Virus record (IMG/VR): IMGVR_UViG_3300042997_001465
Location: 6,778 to 70,777 of that record
Length of the DNA: 64,000 nt
Reading direction: 5' to 3' (one strand)
Origin: a virus
Lineage: Duplodnaviria; Caudoviricetes
Made by a program: the position numbers and the translations under genes. The notes beneath the pieces were generated by a model. It ran no database searches and had not been told where the DNA came from. It worked only from the letters and a program-made list of their open reading frames with translations. Each line of letters opens with the position of its first letter. Within the stretch, counting starts at the first letter, position 1. Positions 17,987-28,154 of this stretch are shown here, piece after piece.

Positions 17987-19360
17987 TTATTTTTTATTTT
18001 CTAAGTAATATTTTAAATCTTCCGGTGTTCCCAATCCCCACATTTTATCAATGTTAAATGTTTTGAATTTTTTACCATCTGCTATTCCTTCATTGTAAAC
18101 AGGACATACATAGAATTCATTATTAACTCTCATATTTTTTTCAATCATTTGTTCTGCATACTTTACATAATCAGAACCTTTGGCCCAATAGTAAACACCA
18201 ACAGTTGCGATATCTGAAATTGGATTCTTCTCTTGTACTTCAGTTACATATCCATATTCATCCACTTTAGCGAATGACCATTTAGGATGTGTTGAATGGA
18301 ATGATAAAATACCTCCATCAACTTTTTGCTCAATCATCTTATACATAAACTCATTTGAATCCCACTCTAAGAATTGGTCAGAGTTTGCCATAAGCAATGG
18401 AGCATCTGAATCAATAAATTCTTTTGCTAATAGAGTAGTACAAGCCGCTCCCTCAGTCAACCCATCAACTTCCACAATCTTACAATTAGGAGTGATTAAA
18501 TTTAATAGAGTATCTAAGTTGTACTGCTCTCTATGTGATTTCTGAACTACATAAATAAATGTGGCATCTATGTTTAGGTTATCCACTACAACCTGAATCA
18601 TTGGTTTACCTTCTACTTCAATGAGTGGTTTTGGAAATGTATAACCTGCTTGTGCAAATCTACTACCAGCTCCAGCCATTGGGATAAGAACATTCATCTT
18701 ACCACCTTGCCATTTTGGAATACTCATACCTTTATTTTCGTTTAATTTGTTTTCTATTTTTTCCAACGTTAAATCATGCGGATTATCCACTCTTAATACA
18801 TTTGCTCTACTTCTACTTGCCGCTAATAACCCATGTGGCGAATCTTCCACAATTAGAGTTTCTTCCGGCAAACATCCCATCATACTCATTGTCTTCCAAT
18901 ACATCTCAGGATGTGGTTTAGAGTTCTTTACGTCCTCATTAGAGATGATTAAGTCCATATACTCAATTATACCTATTTTTGCTAACATAACCAACACAGA
19001 CCTTCTAATTGAATTTGATGCACATGCCAATTTATAACCTTTGTTACGAAGTTCTTTGAATACTTCTATCAATCTAATATCAGGTTGTAATTGAGATATT
19101 GCTTCAATTGTTAGGTGTTGCTTTCTATACCAAATATCATCATAAAAATCCGTATGCAATCCTTTGTTCTTTGTAAGCAATTCTAACTTTTGCGTTGTCT
19201 TTAATCCATCGTATATCGACAGATGTTCAGCTTCAGTAATTACATACGAATTACCAGTTATAATTTCTATTTCTCTTAAAGATTGGTTTAGAGTATCGTA
19301 GTGGATTTGCTTAGCCTCTACCAATACACCATCCAAATCAAAAACTATTAATTTTGTCAT
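17987..19360 (-). CDS. HAD phosphatase fused to sugar/polyol-phosphate nucleotidyltransferase
   Basis: VFDLDGVL...KPHP...VEDS followed by MNVLIPMAGAGSRF...KPLI...NSDQ...GTPEDL. Confidence 0.85.
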   Translation of the reverse strand: MTKLIVFDLDGVLVEAKQIHYDTLNQSLREIEIITGNSYVITEAEHLSIYDGLKTTQKLELLTKNKGLHTDFYDDIWYRKQHLTIEAISQLQPDIRLIEVFKELRNKGYKLACASNSIRRSVLVMLAKIGIIEYMDLIISNEDVKNSKPHPEMYWKTMSMMGCLPEETLIVEDSPHGLLAASRSRANVLRVDNPHDLTLEKIENKLNENKGMSIPKWQGGKMNVLIPMAGAGSRFAQAGYTFPKPLIEVEGKPMIQVVVDNLNIDATFIYVVQKSHREQYNLDTLLNLITPNCKIVEVDGLTEGAACTTLLAKEFIDSDAPLLMANSDQFLEWDSNEFMYKMIEQKVDGGILSFHSTHPKWSFAKVDEYGYVTEVQEKNPISDIATVGVYYWAKGSDYVKYAEQMIEKNMRVNNEFYVCPVYNEGIADGKKFKTFNIDKMWGLGTPEDLKYYLENKK

Positions 19361-20049
19361 ATTATTCCTCTTTCAAATGGGTTTATATTATATTCTTCAA
19401 ACATCGGATTTAATTCATTTGCATACTCCATCATATTCCATTTACCTTTAGTAATTGCTGATGACATGAATGGAAAAACAAAAGAGTCATAATGATACAT
19501 TCCTCTCTTTGGCTCACCTCCTAATTTTACCATATAATCCAACGCATCTAAAGTTATACATCCTTCAAGTTGCCATATATTTTGGTTAGGATAATCAGTA
19601 ACTATTTTTTGTAGAGTTTCTTTTCTAAATATAGTAGGTTGAATTGAAAATCTTGCTAATCCATTTTGAATCAATGTTTCATCGTATTCATATGTTACAC
19701 CACCATCACCGGCATATATTAATTTAACGGTATTTACTTTTTTATCATTTACATATGATGCATATTTTTCAATCAAATCAAATTTTGGAAAATCTATTAA
19801 AAGCATATCTTCATGTAAGAATAATAATAAGTCATCTTCTATTTTTGATAAAATTTCAACCCATCTCTCTGTATAATTATTCGTATCATTGTAAATGATT
19901 TGAATGTAATCATTTGGTATAGACTCATTAGGTGCATCCAAACACACATATACTTTATAATCTTTTATATATTTTTTCAATTGGCCAAAACATATTGGCC
20001 ATACATCTTTTACATCCGTATGAGTGTATATAACTAAGCTTGGTTTCAT
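19357..20049 (-). CDS. glycosyltransferase-like protein
   Basis: LLFLHEDMLL acidic motif; context in glycan cluster; ATGA overlap. Confidence 0.5.
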   Translation of the reverse strand: MKPSLVIYTHTDVKDVWPICFGQLKKYIKDYKVYVCLDAPNESIPNDYIQIIYNDTNNYTERWVEILSKIEDDLLLFLHEDMLLIDFPKFDLIEKYASYVNDKKVNTVKLIYAGDGGVTYEYDETLIQNGLARFSIQPTIFRKETLQKIVTDYPNQNIWQLEGCITLDALDYMVKLGGEPKRGMYHYDSFVFPFMSSAITKGKWNMMEYANELNPMFEEYNINPFERGII

Positions 20050-21170
20050 ATTATTATAACGTTTTTATTTATTTTTTTAAGTTGTTTTTCAATTTCAGAT
20101 TTATAAACACTCATATGACTTATCATTACAACGGGTTCATCAATGTTAGCTATTATATCCGGTGATTGTACAACGATATCATATCCATATAAAAATTTAT
20201 TTTGTTTATCAATACTATTGTCTAAAAAATTTACAACATCGTTAGTATTAATGCCCATAGAAAGTATCGATTGTGTCGATATATGACACCCAAATATAAA
20301 TTTATTTTTACTGGTATTTTCGTTGAACATCTGAACTATACTTTTTGAATTATTATAACTTTTAAAAAGTTTATCGGAAACATCATTCGATGAAAATTTA
20401 TACTCTATACTATTAAATTCAATTTCATCCGATACTTTGGTACATTTAAAAAATATAGAGTGTGTTTTATAATCAACAACACTATCTATGTTAAATCCAA
20501 ATAAATTTAGTAAATTTATTAAGTCATATTTTTTATAAAAAAACGTATGTTCAAAATGTAATACATTTCCAGGTAAAAATCCATTATCAAGTATATATTC
20601 CAAATTAGGTACGGAAAAATACATAGTACCACCTTCATTTAAACATTCATTCATTTTTGTTAATCCCTCTATTGGGTTAAATAGATGTTCAAAGAAATGA
20701 CTATGTATTATTGCATCATATTTTTCACTATCAAATGATGCATCAAACCATTTTTTTATAAATTTCACTTTTGGCAATTGTATATTATCATTGGGATTAT
20801 ATTCAACAATATCCCATCTATTAGAATATTCACTTATATGCTTTGCTATTTTACAAGATGGGTCAGCCAATTCTAATACTGTTTTATTCAAAATACCATC
20901 TTTTATAAATTCGGAGAATTCCAAATAATGTAAATTCCACAATTCACCAACGGTTTCTATATTATGATTATTTTGATAAAGAATTTCAGGATTTATTAAT
21001 TCTTTTATTTGAACACACCCACATTGTGTACACTCGGTGAATGTCATATTACTTTTTGAAAAATTATTATCAAAATTAGTAACGGCTCCCATAAACGTTG
21101 GCATGTTTTTTATAGAAAAAATACTGTCCAAATCACCTTTACAAAATACACAATTATTTTTTATTCCCAT
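20046..21170 (-). CDS. NDP-sugar C-methyltransferase-like SAM enzyme with Zn ribbon
   Basis: CVFC...CTQC; HSHFFEH; YFSVPN; FEHTFFY; C-terminal Rossmann-like segment FLDNSIDKQNK. Confidence 0.7.
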   Translation of the reverse strand: MGIKNNCVFCKGDLDSIFSIKNMPTFMGAVTNFDNNFSKSNMTFTECTQCGCVQIKELINPEILYQNNHNIETVGELWNLHYLEFSEFIKDGILNKTVLELADPSCKIAKHISEYSNRWDIVEYNPNDNIQLPKVKFIKKWFDASFDSEKYDAIIHSHFFEHLFNPIEGLTKMNECLNEGGTMYFSVPNLEYILDNGFLPGNVLHFEHTFFYKKYDLINLLNLFGFNIDSVVDYKTHSIFFKCTKVSDEIEFNSIEYKFSSNDVSDKLFKSYNNSKSIVQMFNENTSKNKFIFGCHISTQSILSMGINTNDVVNFLDNSIDKQNKFLYGYDIVVQSPDIIANIDEPVVMISHMSVYKSEIEKQLKKINKNVIII

Positions 21171-21889
21171 ACCGTATCCAAATTTACTCTATTATTCCAC
21201 AAATCAGTTTTAATCATCCACCATTTATAAAATGCTATCGCGTTTGAAAGGTCACCTTTATTGCCTTCTATATCCGTTGCGAATTTATGAAATTCAGAAT
21301 CTATTTTCAATTGCTCATCTAAAAAATTAAATAGGGTTGTGAATTCAACCATAACATCAGGCGAACCATAAAACCACATATCAGCAGGTCCCATATTGAA
21401 ATGATTCCAATTCGCATTGTATATTTTATCATTTACAATATCAGTTTGGAAATTAATACATTGAACAGGATATGGATTTCCTAAACCAGGTCCTGATGTA
21501 TTACGATTGATTCTACCTAAATCAAAACGAGCTTTAATAATGATATCATATTTTACACCGGTTTGTTGATGTGGTAACTTCATTACTTCGGTCACACTAT
21601 ACAAATGCGATAGAACTGATTGTGGTGAACGAGGACAACCTTCTAATTTATCCAATCCTCTTTCTTTAATCAATTCACTAAAATCTTTTTGTGGTTCGAA
21701 TATAGCTTTCTTAGGTTGATACATAGCTTCTATCAATCCTTGCTTTTCCAAATCCCAACTGTGAATGAATACATCAACGTCACCCTTATCCATTATGTGC
21801 TTTTGAATATACTCTCTACCATCCAATCCATTTGATGTCGTATCCATAGGGGAATCAAACATCCCATGTAAACAAAGTGCTATTTTCAT
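21161..21889 (-). CDS. putative glycan-modifying protein (RxDL family paralogue)
   Basis: MKIALCLHG, DIIIKARFDL, ADMWFYG. Confidence 0.55.
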   Translation of the reverse strand: MKIALCLHGMFDSPMDTTSNGLDGREYIQKHIMDKGDVDVFIHSWDLEKQGLIEAMYQPKKAIFEPQKDFSELIKERGLDKLEGCPRSPQSVLSHLYSVTEVMKLPHQQTGVKYDIIIKARFDLGRINRNTSGPGLGNPYPVQCINFQTDIVNDKIYNANWNHFNMGPADMWFYGSPDVMVEFTTLFNFLDEQLKIDSEFHKFATDIEGNKGDLSNAIAFYKWWMIKTDLWNNRVNLDTVWE

Positions 21890-22521
21890 TATTCTATTAC
21901 TTTATTATTTTTGAAAACAGTGAATTCTGTTAAATCTCTATAACCATTTAATTCACCTTGGTCTGAATTATGAATTGATAAATTTTGGAACATTGCCAAT
22001 CCATGTGCCGCTTGTTGTGGAGTCATATACATATTCCATCCTAAGAATGTGATATCATCATCTTTATAATACTTCTCGCTTCTACCTTCGTAACGAGCTT
22101 TCTTAAACCAATCAGCTGCCTCAGCGTTATCAGTTAGAATCATACCACCTTTCCAAATTGGAAGAATCTTTTTAATGTGAAATGATAATCCCATAAATGT
22201 TCCGGGCATATACATATCCTTTGTTAATCTCTTAGCTGCATCCCAAATTGGATATGGTTTCAATTGGTATGCACCTACCCAATGATTTGTTTCTGACCTC
22301 TTATCAAAGATAACTTCACCACCTGCATGTATAATTGATTGTGGTACTGAAAGATATGTTTTGGAAGGTATTGTAACTTCCTTAACCTGATTGTATTTAC
22401 ATATAAGGAATAGTGCATTAGTGCAACTATCAATTGAAATAGCGTATGGTGCTCCCGTATAAGCTGCTATTTCTTCCTCAAACATTCTAACGATTTTGTA
22501 CGGATTGTGTAACATTGGCAT
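21889..22521 (-). CDS. short DegT/DnrJ/EryC1/StrS-family PLP aminotransferase
   Basis: FEEEIAAYTG, SCTNAL, WDAA, SFHIKK, GGMILTD; only 210 aa. Confidence 0.8.
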   Translation of the reverse strand: MPMLHNPYKIVRMFEEEIAAYTGAPYAISIDSCTNALFLICKYNQVKEVTIPSKTYLSVPQSIIHAGGEVIFDKRSETNHWVGAYQLKPYPIWDAAKRLTKDMYMPGTFMGLSFHIKKILPIWKGGMILTDNAEAADWFKKARYEGRSEKYYKDDDITFLGWNMYMTPQQAAHGLAMFQNLSIHNSDQGELNGYRDLTEFTVFKNNKVIE

Positions 22522-22523
22522 AA

Positions 22524-23150
22524 TTAATTATTTTCTTCGGTTATTATTTCGATACATAATACATTCTTATCATTAACCATTACCAATCTACCGTCTTTTG
22601 TTTCAAACTTAGTAAATTGACCTTGCTTAATTGAATGCGTATCTACATTGTTAAAGGTTCTTTTCTCACCACCTACAAAATGTAATATTTGTGAAACGTA
22701 TCTTCCTTTAGCTATGATTGAACTCTTTAAGTTTACCATCTTTTTTTGTGCTTGTATGTAATAAGTAAATTTATCATCAGTACCTTGCAATTCAAATCCA
22801 CAAGATAAGAACAATTTATCACTAGCCGTATTACCATGCTTTACTTTAGCATATGCGGTAGGCCATATCTTAACACACTCATTTATCATAAACTTACCAA
22901 CACCTAATCCCTGAAAGTCTGGGTGGGTGCATACTCTAATATCATCTTCAATAACACCAACGTATCCTGCTGGCTTTCCATCAACTAAACATATACGATA
23001 GTATTTTGAATTATCTACCATATATCTTTCTTGCTGTTCTTTTGTAATTGGACTAGTTTTCAAAAAACCATCAATTACTCTTTCATCCATTCGTAACTCT
23101 CTTACAAATTCCCAATATTCTGAACTACATGCTACTATTACCATATGCAT
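22524..23150 (-). CDS. GNAT acetyltransferase with extra C-terminal domain
   Basis: HPDFQGLGVG acetyl-CoA loop; NTASDKLFLSCGF. Confidence 0.75.
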   Translation of the reverse strand: MHMVIVACSSEYWEFVRELRMDERVIDGFLKTSPITKEQQERYMVDNSKYYRICLVDGKPAGYVGVIEDDIRVCTHPDFQGLGVGKFMINECVKIWPTAYAKVKHGNTASDKLFLSCGFELQGTDDKFTYYIQAQKKMVNLKSSIIAKGRYVSQILHFVGGEKRTFNNVDTHSIKQGQFTKFETKDGRLVMVNDKNVLCIEIITEENN

Positions 23151-23914
23151 ATTTGATTTAAACTTTGAGAACCTCTATAACTCCAAAATCCTTTTAAGTA
23201 ATCTCTTTCAGTTGGCATACTCATCATTGGAGTTAAACACGTTCCTATATCAACGTAAGAATTATTTGGAAACTCTTTGAATAGTTCATATATTGCCAAA
23301 TTAGAAAACGTTGAAGCTGAGAATAAGAATAGATGGTTTTCAATGTTGTTTTCTTTAATCCAATTTTTAATGTCCTCAATTTTTCCATAATCATTTATCA
23401 TTGCATTATAACCCACTCTAAAATCTTTTACAAAAAATGGTAACGTAGATAAATCTGCTTTTTCATGTCCAATAAATACACAATCCTTACTATAAAAAAT
23501 TGGAAGTGTATTCATTATAAATGCTGGATAGTTTCCATTCACCCATAAATTTGCCCATGTTAAACTTTCATCATCACCACCATGTAATTCAACCTGCCAA
23601 TCAAATGCTTCCTTACCAACACAACAACTGCAACTAATACCTTTGTAATAATTTACTTGTCTATGTTTATAGGCTTCTATTAATTTTTGTTGATAAAACC
23701 CATGCTGTTTTGGGTCATAGTGTTTAAAATCAGGAGCTTGATATACTCCGGGGCTCTTTGCATCTGCAACTTGAATCACATCTGCATCTAATTTTAATTC
23801 CTTATTTTGAAGTATGAATAATTCACCATCTGAATATCTTGCAAATGCAAAGTGTTCATCGTTACGAATCATATCCGTAAACTTAGCAAAGTGTTGTCTA
23901 AAGTTCTTCTGCAT
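23138..23914 (-). CDS. GT-D-fold (DUF1792-like) glycosyltransferase candidate
   Basis: FARYSDGE near N-terminus; VDIGT near C-terminus. Confidence 0.55.
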   Translation of the reverse strand: MQKNFRQHFAKFTDMIRNDEHFAFARYSDGELFILQNKELKLDADVIQVADAKSPGVYQAPDFKHYDPKQHGFYQQKLIEAYKHRQVNYYKGISCSCCVGKEAFDWQVELHGGDDESLTWANLWVNGNYPAFIMNTLPIFYSKDCVFIGHEKADLSTLPFFVKDFRVGYNAMINDYGKIEDIKNWIKENNIENHLFLFSASTFSNLAIYELFKEFPNNSYVDIGTCLTPMMSMPTERDYLKGFWSYRGSQSLNQICIW

Positions 23915-24899
23915 CTAATATCTTTTTAATTTGTTTTGCTGCGTATCCATCTCCATACGGACAAGGTTTACAAATATACGAATCTTTTTCCAAAGTAACA
24001 AATAAATCTTTTAATTTATCCGTTGTTTTGCAAAGATGTAAATGTCCGGTATAAATTGCTTCAGGTCTTTCCGTTACTTCTCTACATACAATTACTTTCT
24101 TATTAAGGAAAGAAGCTTCTTCCTGTATTCCACCACTATCGCTTATTACCAACTTACATTCTAATAATATAGATATCAGTTCATCATGTGAAAGTGGTTC
24201 TACTACTTTAACGTTAGTTAGTAAATCTCTATGTTTTTGTACATTTGGATTTGGATGTATTGGAAGTATAAATTCTAACTCTGGATATTGTCCTGCTAAA
24301 TCATTTACTTCTTTAAACCACTCATACATTATAGGATGATTCTCTCTACGATGTAATGTAACTAATACTTTGTTTCCGTATGTTGGCGTAGGCAAATCCA
24401 CTAAGTTATCTAACACAGTGTTACCAACTAACCAAGTATCACCTAAAGATTTTTCTTCGAATAGATTAACCATTGATATTTGAGTTGGAGCAAAGTTTAC
24501 ATCAGAAATACGAGCTATCATTTGTCTATAACCTTCTTCTGGATATGGATGTTTTAAACTCTTACTTCTTAATCCTGCTTCTAAGTAATAAATTCTCAAT
24601 CCTCTATGATATGCTCCAATTGCACAAGCGAAAGCAGATGCGGTATCACCTTGAACCATAACACCTCTAAACTCACCTTCAGGCAAATCCAAACACGCTT
24701 TTACTACTTCATCCAATCTATTAGAACCTTCTTTGATAGTTGCTTTATAATCAACATCAACTTCTTTAAGTAAATCTTCATGCTGACCTGTAAAGAATAA
24801 TTTATATTCACTACGGTCCATTATTTTAATTAAAGGCTTTATCTTTAACCACTCAGGTCTAGTTCCGAAACATATTAATATGGGTAACTTATTTTTCAT
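23898..24899 (-). CDS. wecB: UDP-N-acetylglucosamine 2-epimerase
   Basis: FGTRPE, TGQH, VQGDT, EAGLRS, PEE, GNT..D, TLHRREN, DSGGIQEEA, TERPE, YGDG. Confidence 0.92.
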   Translation of the reverse strand: MKNKLPILICFGTRPEWLKIKPLIKIMDRSEYKLFFTGQHEDLLKEVDVDYKATIKEGSNRLDEVVKACLDLPEGEFRGVMVQGDTASAFACAIGAYHRGLRIYYLEAGLRSKSLKHPYPEEGYRQMIARISDVNFAPTQISMVNLFEEKSLGDTWLVGNTVLDNLVDLPTPTYGNKVLVTLHRRENHPIMYEWFKEVNDLAGQYPELEFILPIHPNPNVQKHRDLLTNVKVVEPLSHDELISILLECKLVISDSGGIQEEASFLNKKVIVCREVTERPEAIYTGHLHLCKTTDKLKDLFVTLEKDSYICKPCPYGDGYAAKQIKKILDAEEL

Positions 24900-25656
24900 T
24901 TACTAACCTCCATCCTTTTACTCTTTGTTTGTGAAAGTATTCATTCATCAATTGCTTAAATGGAGTACCATCTATACCGACTTGATTTGATTCCCATAAT
25001 GAAGCGGAATCACCACCATACGCACCTTTAATACTTCCCCACATTTCTATATCAGAACGAGGATGTGGTGGTACATATGTTTTAATACCAGCATACTTTT
25101 GTAACATATATGAGAAGTGCATATCCTCACCACAGGTATTGTATTTAGGGTCTGGCAATTCTCTAAACATATGAGATAACCATTCTTTTTTAAAGAACCA
25201 ACTATGGCCTACTAAATCAACTTCAACAGTCTTATCATTGTTACCCAATTCAGGCCATCCAAATCTTAAATAGTGTTCGTAATAAGATGAATGTTGAGGT
25301 GGTAATGGGGCTGGGTATAATAATCCCACCGTACCTAATAAACCCTCTTTCTCGTTCATTGTGTTCATACAATTCTCTAACCATTTCTTACCAGGAATTG
25401 TATCATCATCAAATACACATACATAATCATTTTTAGCATTGAGTGCAAATGCAAATCTAGCCCACACCCCAAAGTTATAATTACAATATGCCCCTGCAAT
25501 TTCAGTACCAATATCATAATTAATTAAATCGTTATCACCAGGATTGTTATACCAAAAAAGTATTTCATCGGGTGGTATAGTTTGATTTTTCAATGCTTCT
25601 AATTGTTCATTAAGATTTTCAGGTCTCTTATAACCATTTAATATAACCGTTATCAT
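24889..25656 (-). CDS. GT-A/GT2-like glycosyltransferase
   Basis: ITVILNGYKR, VFDDDTIPG, GEDMH. Confidence 0.75.
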   Translation of the reverse strand: MITVILNGYKRPENLNEQLEALKNQTIPPDEILFWYNNPGDNDLINYDIGTEIAGAYCNYNFGVWARFAFALNAKNDYVCVFDDDTIPGKKWLENCMNTMNEKEGLLGTVGLLYPAPLPPQHSSYYEHYLRFGWPELGNNDKTVEVDLVGHSWFFKKEWLSHMFRELPDPKYNTCGEDMHFSYMLQKYAGIKTYVPPHPRSDIEMWGSIKGAYGGDSASLWESNQVGIDGTPFKQLMNEYFHKQRVKGWRLVNEK

Positions 25657-25658
25657 AC

Positions 25659-26372
25659 TTATTTTTTAATAGTGAACGCCCAAATCATATTAGGAGTATA
25701 TGGGTTGTTAGCCTGTGAATATTGTGGAGATGTTATTGATATATCACTTTCAAACCAATCATTGAAGTTTTCGGAATAGAAAAAAGTATTTTCAATTTTC
25801 ATTGTATTTTTATTTATCAAATCCTCTATCAATTTAATTCGCATCTCATCATATCTACGAAGGAATGGCATTTTATTTCCGGGATTGATATCTCCAGATA
25901 ATACGGGTTGACCGGCTGGAACGGTGATAATTATTTTACCACTTTCTTTTAATAATGTAATCATTTTTTCAATTGCTCTCAAATCATGATTCCATCTAAT
26001 ATAATCATCACCGGCATATTCACCAGCAAATCCAGAGAATTCAGCAAAGTTCATACCAAAATGTTCTAATACATTTATGCAAATAATATAATCATATTTA
26101 GTTTCTTCTCCAGCTAATATAAAATCTTGCTGAACAAATGTAACTCTTTTATCAGCATCTATTATTCTTTCCAATGTAGAGCCGGGTCCCATTGGCATAA
26201 TATCGGTACACAGACATGATGTAAATGGTCGTTTTAAAACAGCTTGTAATATACCTTCCGTTGCAATTCGTTCGCCAACAATTAATATTTTATCAGATTC
26301 TTTTTGGTCTGATAACTCTCTTTCCAAATAAGGTATTTCTACCAACTTAGTTCCTTTAATTTCAAAGTCCAT
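25659..26372 (-). CDS. SAM-dependent methyltransferase-like protein
   Basis: YDYIICINVLEHFG, IIITVP; likely start MDFEIK at 26372. Confidence 0.65.
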   Translation of the reverse strand: MDFEIKGTKLVEIPYLERELSDQKESDKILIVGERIATEGILQAVLKRPFTSCLCTDIMPMGPGSTLERIIDADKRVTFVQQDFILAGEETKYDYIICINVLEHFGMNFAEFSGFAGEYAGDDYIRWNHDLRAIEKMITLLKESGKIIITVPAGQPVLSGDINPGNKMPFLRRYDEMRIKLIEDLINKNTMKIENTFFYSENFNDWFESDISITSPQYSQANNPYTPNMIWAFTIKK

Positions 26373-26373
26373 A

Positions 26374-27384
26374 TTATAATTGATTTTTAAAATTTTCCTT
26401 CCATACTTCAACTGAATAAAATTGGTGATAATGCTTTTTTGCAGTATTACTACAATTATTATAAAATTCTTTATCTTCCTTTAATCGTATTGCCAATTCT
26501 CTTGCTGCTTCTAAATCATTTACAGCCACCGATAATGATGGATGGCAAAGTAATTGAGTATCTACATCTTGGTTTCCAATACAAGGAATACCAAAGTATG
26601 CACAATTCAAAGCAAATGTACCAGCTGCTACCGTTGGCATCATATGAATACCATATTTGAACGTTGATAATACTGCCATCCATTCACACCACATCATTCT
26701 TGGTAAGTGAGTTAAGTTATCAACTATATTTTCATTCTCTCTCATAGCATGTGATGTTTGAGCCCAAATAGGAACTTCAAAATTACCAGCTATCATATAA
26801 CTTTCAAATCCACCATACCATCTTGCAAAGTTACCACCTATAATTACTTTATCTTCTTTTGTAGGTTGGATATCTCTAACCAACGTATCAATCATTAGTG
26901 TGCCAATAGGTCTTACCTTTTTATTAGGAAACAACCCTTTATAGTAATATGAATCGGAATCATTATGTGTGAATATTGAATCACATGATTGTAAGAAATT
27001 ATAAAAGTATATTTGGTCTTCTACACTATAATCGTTTTGAAACCAATGGGGACCTTCCTGTACATAGTGAACTGAGCCATTACCTTTTGATTTTATTGTA
27101 CCAACGATATCTTGTTGAAGTATTTCTGATATTGGATTAATTCCTTTTATCAATTCTACCGCAGTTGAATTTAAAAATGGTTTACCTTTTGGAAATATAA
27201 TGAAGACATGGTCATATCCTGTCAAATTTTTATCACAACCAAATAAATTAATATTATAATGGTCCGCATCTAAAGCATGCATCCAAGCAAACTCAGTTCT
27301 CATATTTGGATGATTAGCTGGAACTTTACCAACAAATCCCATTTCAGTAAGGAAAGCTATCTTAGATTGTATCATAGTAATCAT
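26374..27384 (-). CDS. GT-B-like glycosyltransferase
   Basis: C-terminal GTFALNCAYFGIPCIG...NDLEAA resembles the GT-B donor-binding helix; likely start 27384 or 27375. Confidence 0.6.
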   Translation of the reverse strand: MITMIQSKIAFLTEMGFVGKVPANHPNMRTEFAWMHALDADHYNINLFGCDKNLTGYDHVFIIFPKGKPFLNSTAVELIKGINPISEILQQDIVGTIKSKGNGSVHYVQEGPHWFQNDYSVEDQIYFYNFLQSCDSIFTHNDSDSYYYKGLFPNKKVRPIGTLMIDTLVRDIQPTKEDKVIIGGNFARWYGGFESYMIAGNFEVPIWAQTSHAMRENENIVDNLTHLPRMMWCEWMAVLSTFKYGIHMMPTVAAGTFALNCAYFGIPCIGNQDVDTQLLCHPSLSVAVNDLEAARELAIRLKEDKEFYNNCSNTAKKHYHQFYSVEVWKENFKNQL

Positions 27385-27994
27385 TTTGTTTTTCTTGTCT
27401 TTCAATTTGCTTATGATGATATAGACAATAGTTTTCTTCTGCTGGTAATACCGATAGTGTATTATACCCAACTACTCTTTCATGCACTTTACCTTGCCAT
27501 TCAATTTCGGATGTTCTCCTATAAAGACGAGTTTGATAATCAGGAAAATTTACCCAACCCAACTCATTCACATTCCATTTCCATTTTTTAATGTGTTCTT
27601 TTGTTAATCCATCAACTGTATTAATTCTTGGTATAAAGAAAAGGTCTACATCTTTATTATATTCCAAAAATTCATGTATGTTCTCCATAAGATACTCCGA
27701 TGGAATTTCATCCGCATCAATTTGAAATATAAACATACCATTTGCATGATTTTTCAAATTATTTTTATAAGATGCAAAATCATTATTAAGAGGAAAACTG
27801 ATAACCTTTATATTGGTATTGTGTAATTGAGATATTATCTTAAGATAATCTATAATTGGCTTCGTAGTTGCATCTGAATCATACTGTATTAGAATTTCAT
27901 CTTCCTTATCAATTCGATTATTTAAAAAATCTATTAGTTTTGTAATTTCATCCAATTCGTTACAAACGGTAATTGCATATGTAATATTAATCAT
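27362..27994 (-). CDS. GT2-family glycosyltransferase
   Basis: ITYAITVCNE, FQIDADE, FPDYQTRLY, KVHE. Confidence 0.85.
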   Translation of the reverse strand: MINITYAITVCNELDEITKLIDFLNNRIDKEDEILIQYDSDATTKPIIDYLKIISQLHNTNIKVISFPLNNDFASYKNNLKNHANGMFIFQIDADEIPSEYLMENIHEFLEYNKDVDLFFIPRINTVDGLTKEHIKKWKWNVNELGWVNFPDYQTRLYRRTSEIEWQGKVHERVVGYNTLSVLPAEENYCLYHHKQIERQEKQNDYYDTI

Positions 27995-28011
27995 AGTATT
28001 TTAATTGAATA

Positions 28012-28043
28012 CAAATATACAAAATTTTATTCGTTTTACCAAA
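28012..28043 (-). promoter_or_regulatory. Bacteroidota-type sigma70 promoter of the glycan cluster
   Basis: TTTG (28043-28040), 20-nt spacer, TATATTTG (28019-28012). Confidence 0.8.
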
Positions 28044-28098
28044 TATATCTTTGTATATGTATATATAAATATAAATATACAATTTTAAAAGAAAACAC

Positions 28099-28131
28099 AA
28101 AAAAAGGGATAGTTTTTTTAGAACTATCCCT
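28099..28131 (-). terminator. intrinsic terminator
   Basis: AGGGATAGTT-loop-AACTATCCCT followed by T-run on minus strand, 23 nt after stop of 28155..30284. Confidence 0.85.
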
Positions 28132-28154
28132 ATTATATTTTTTATTAATTTTTA

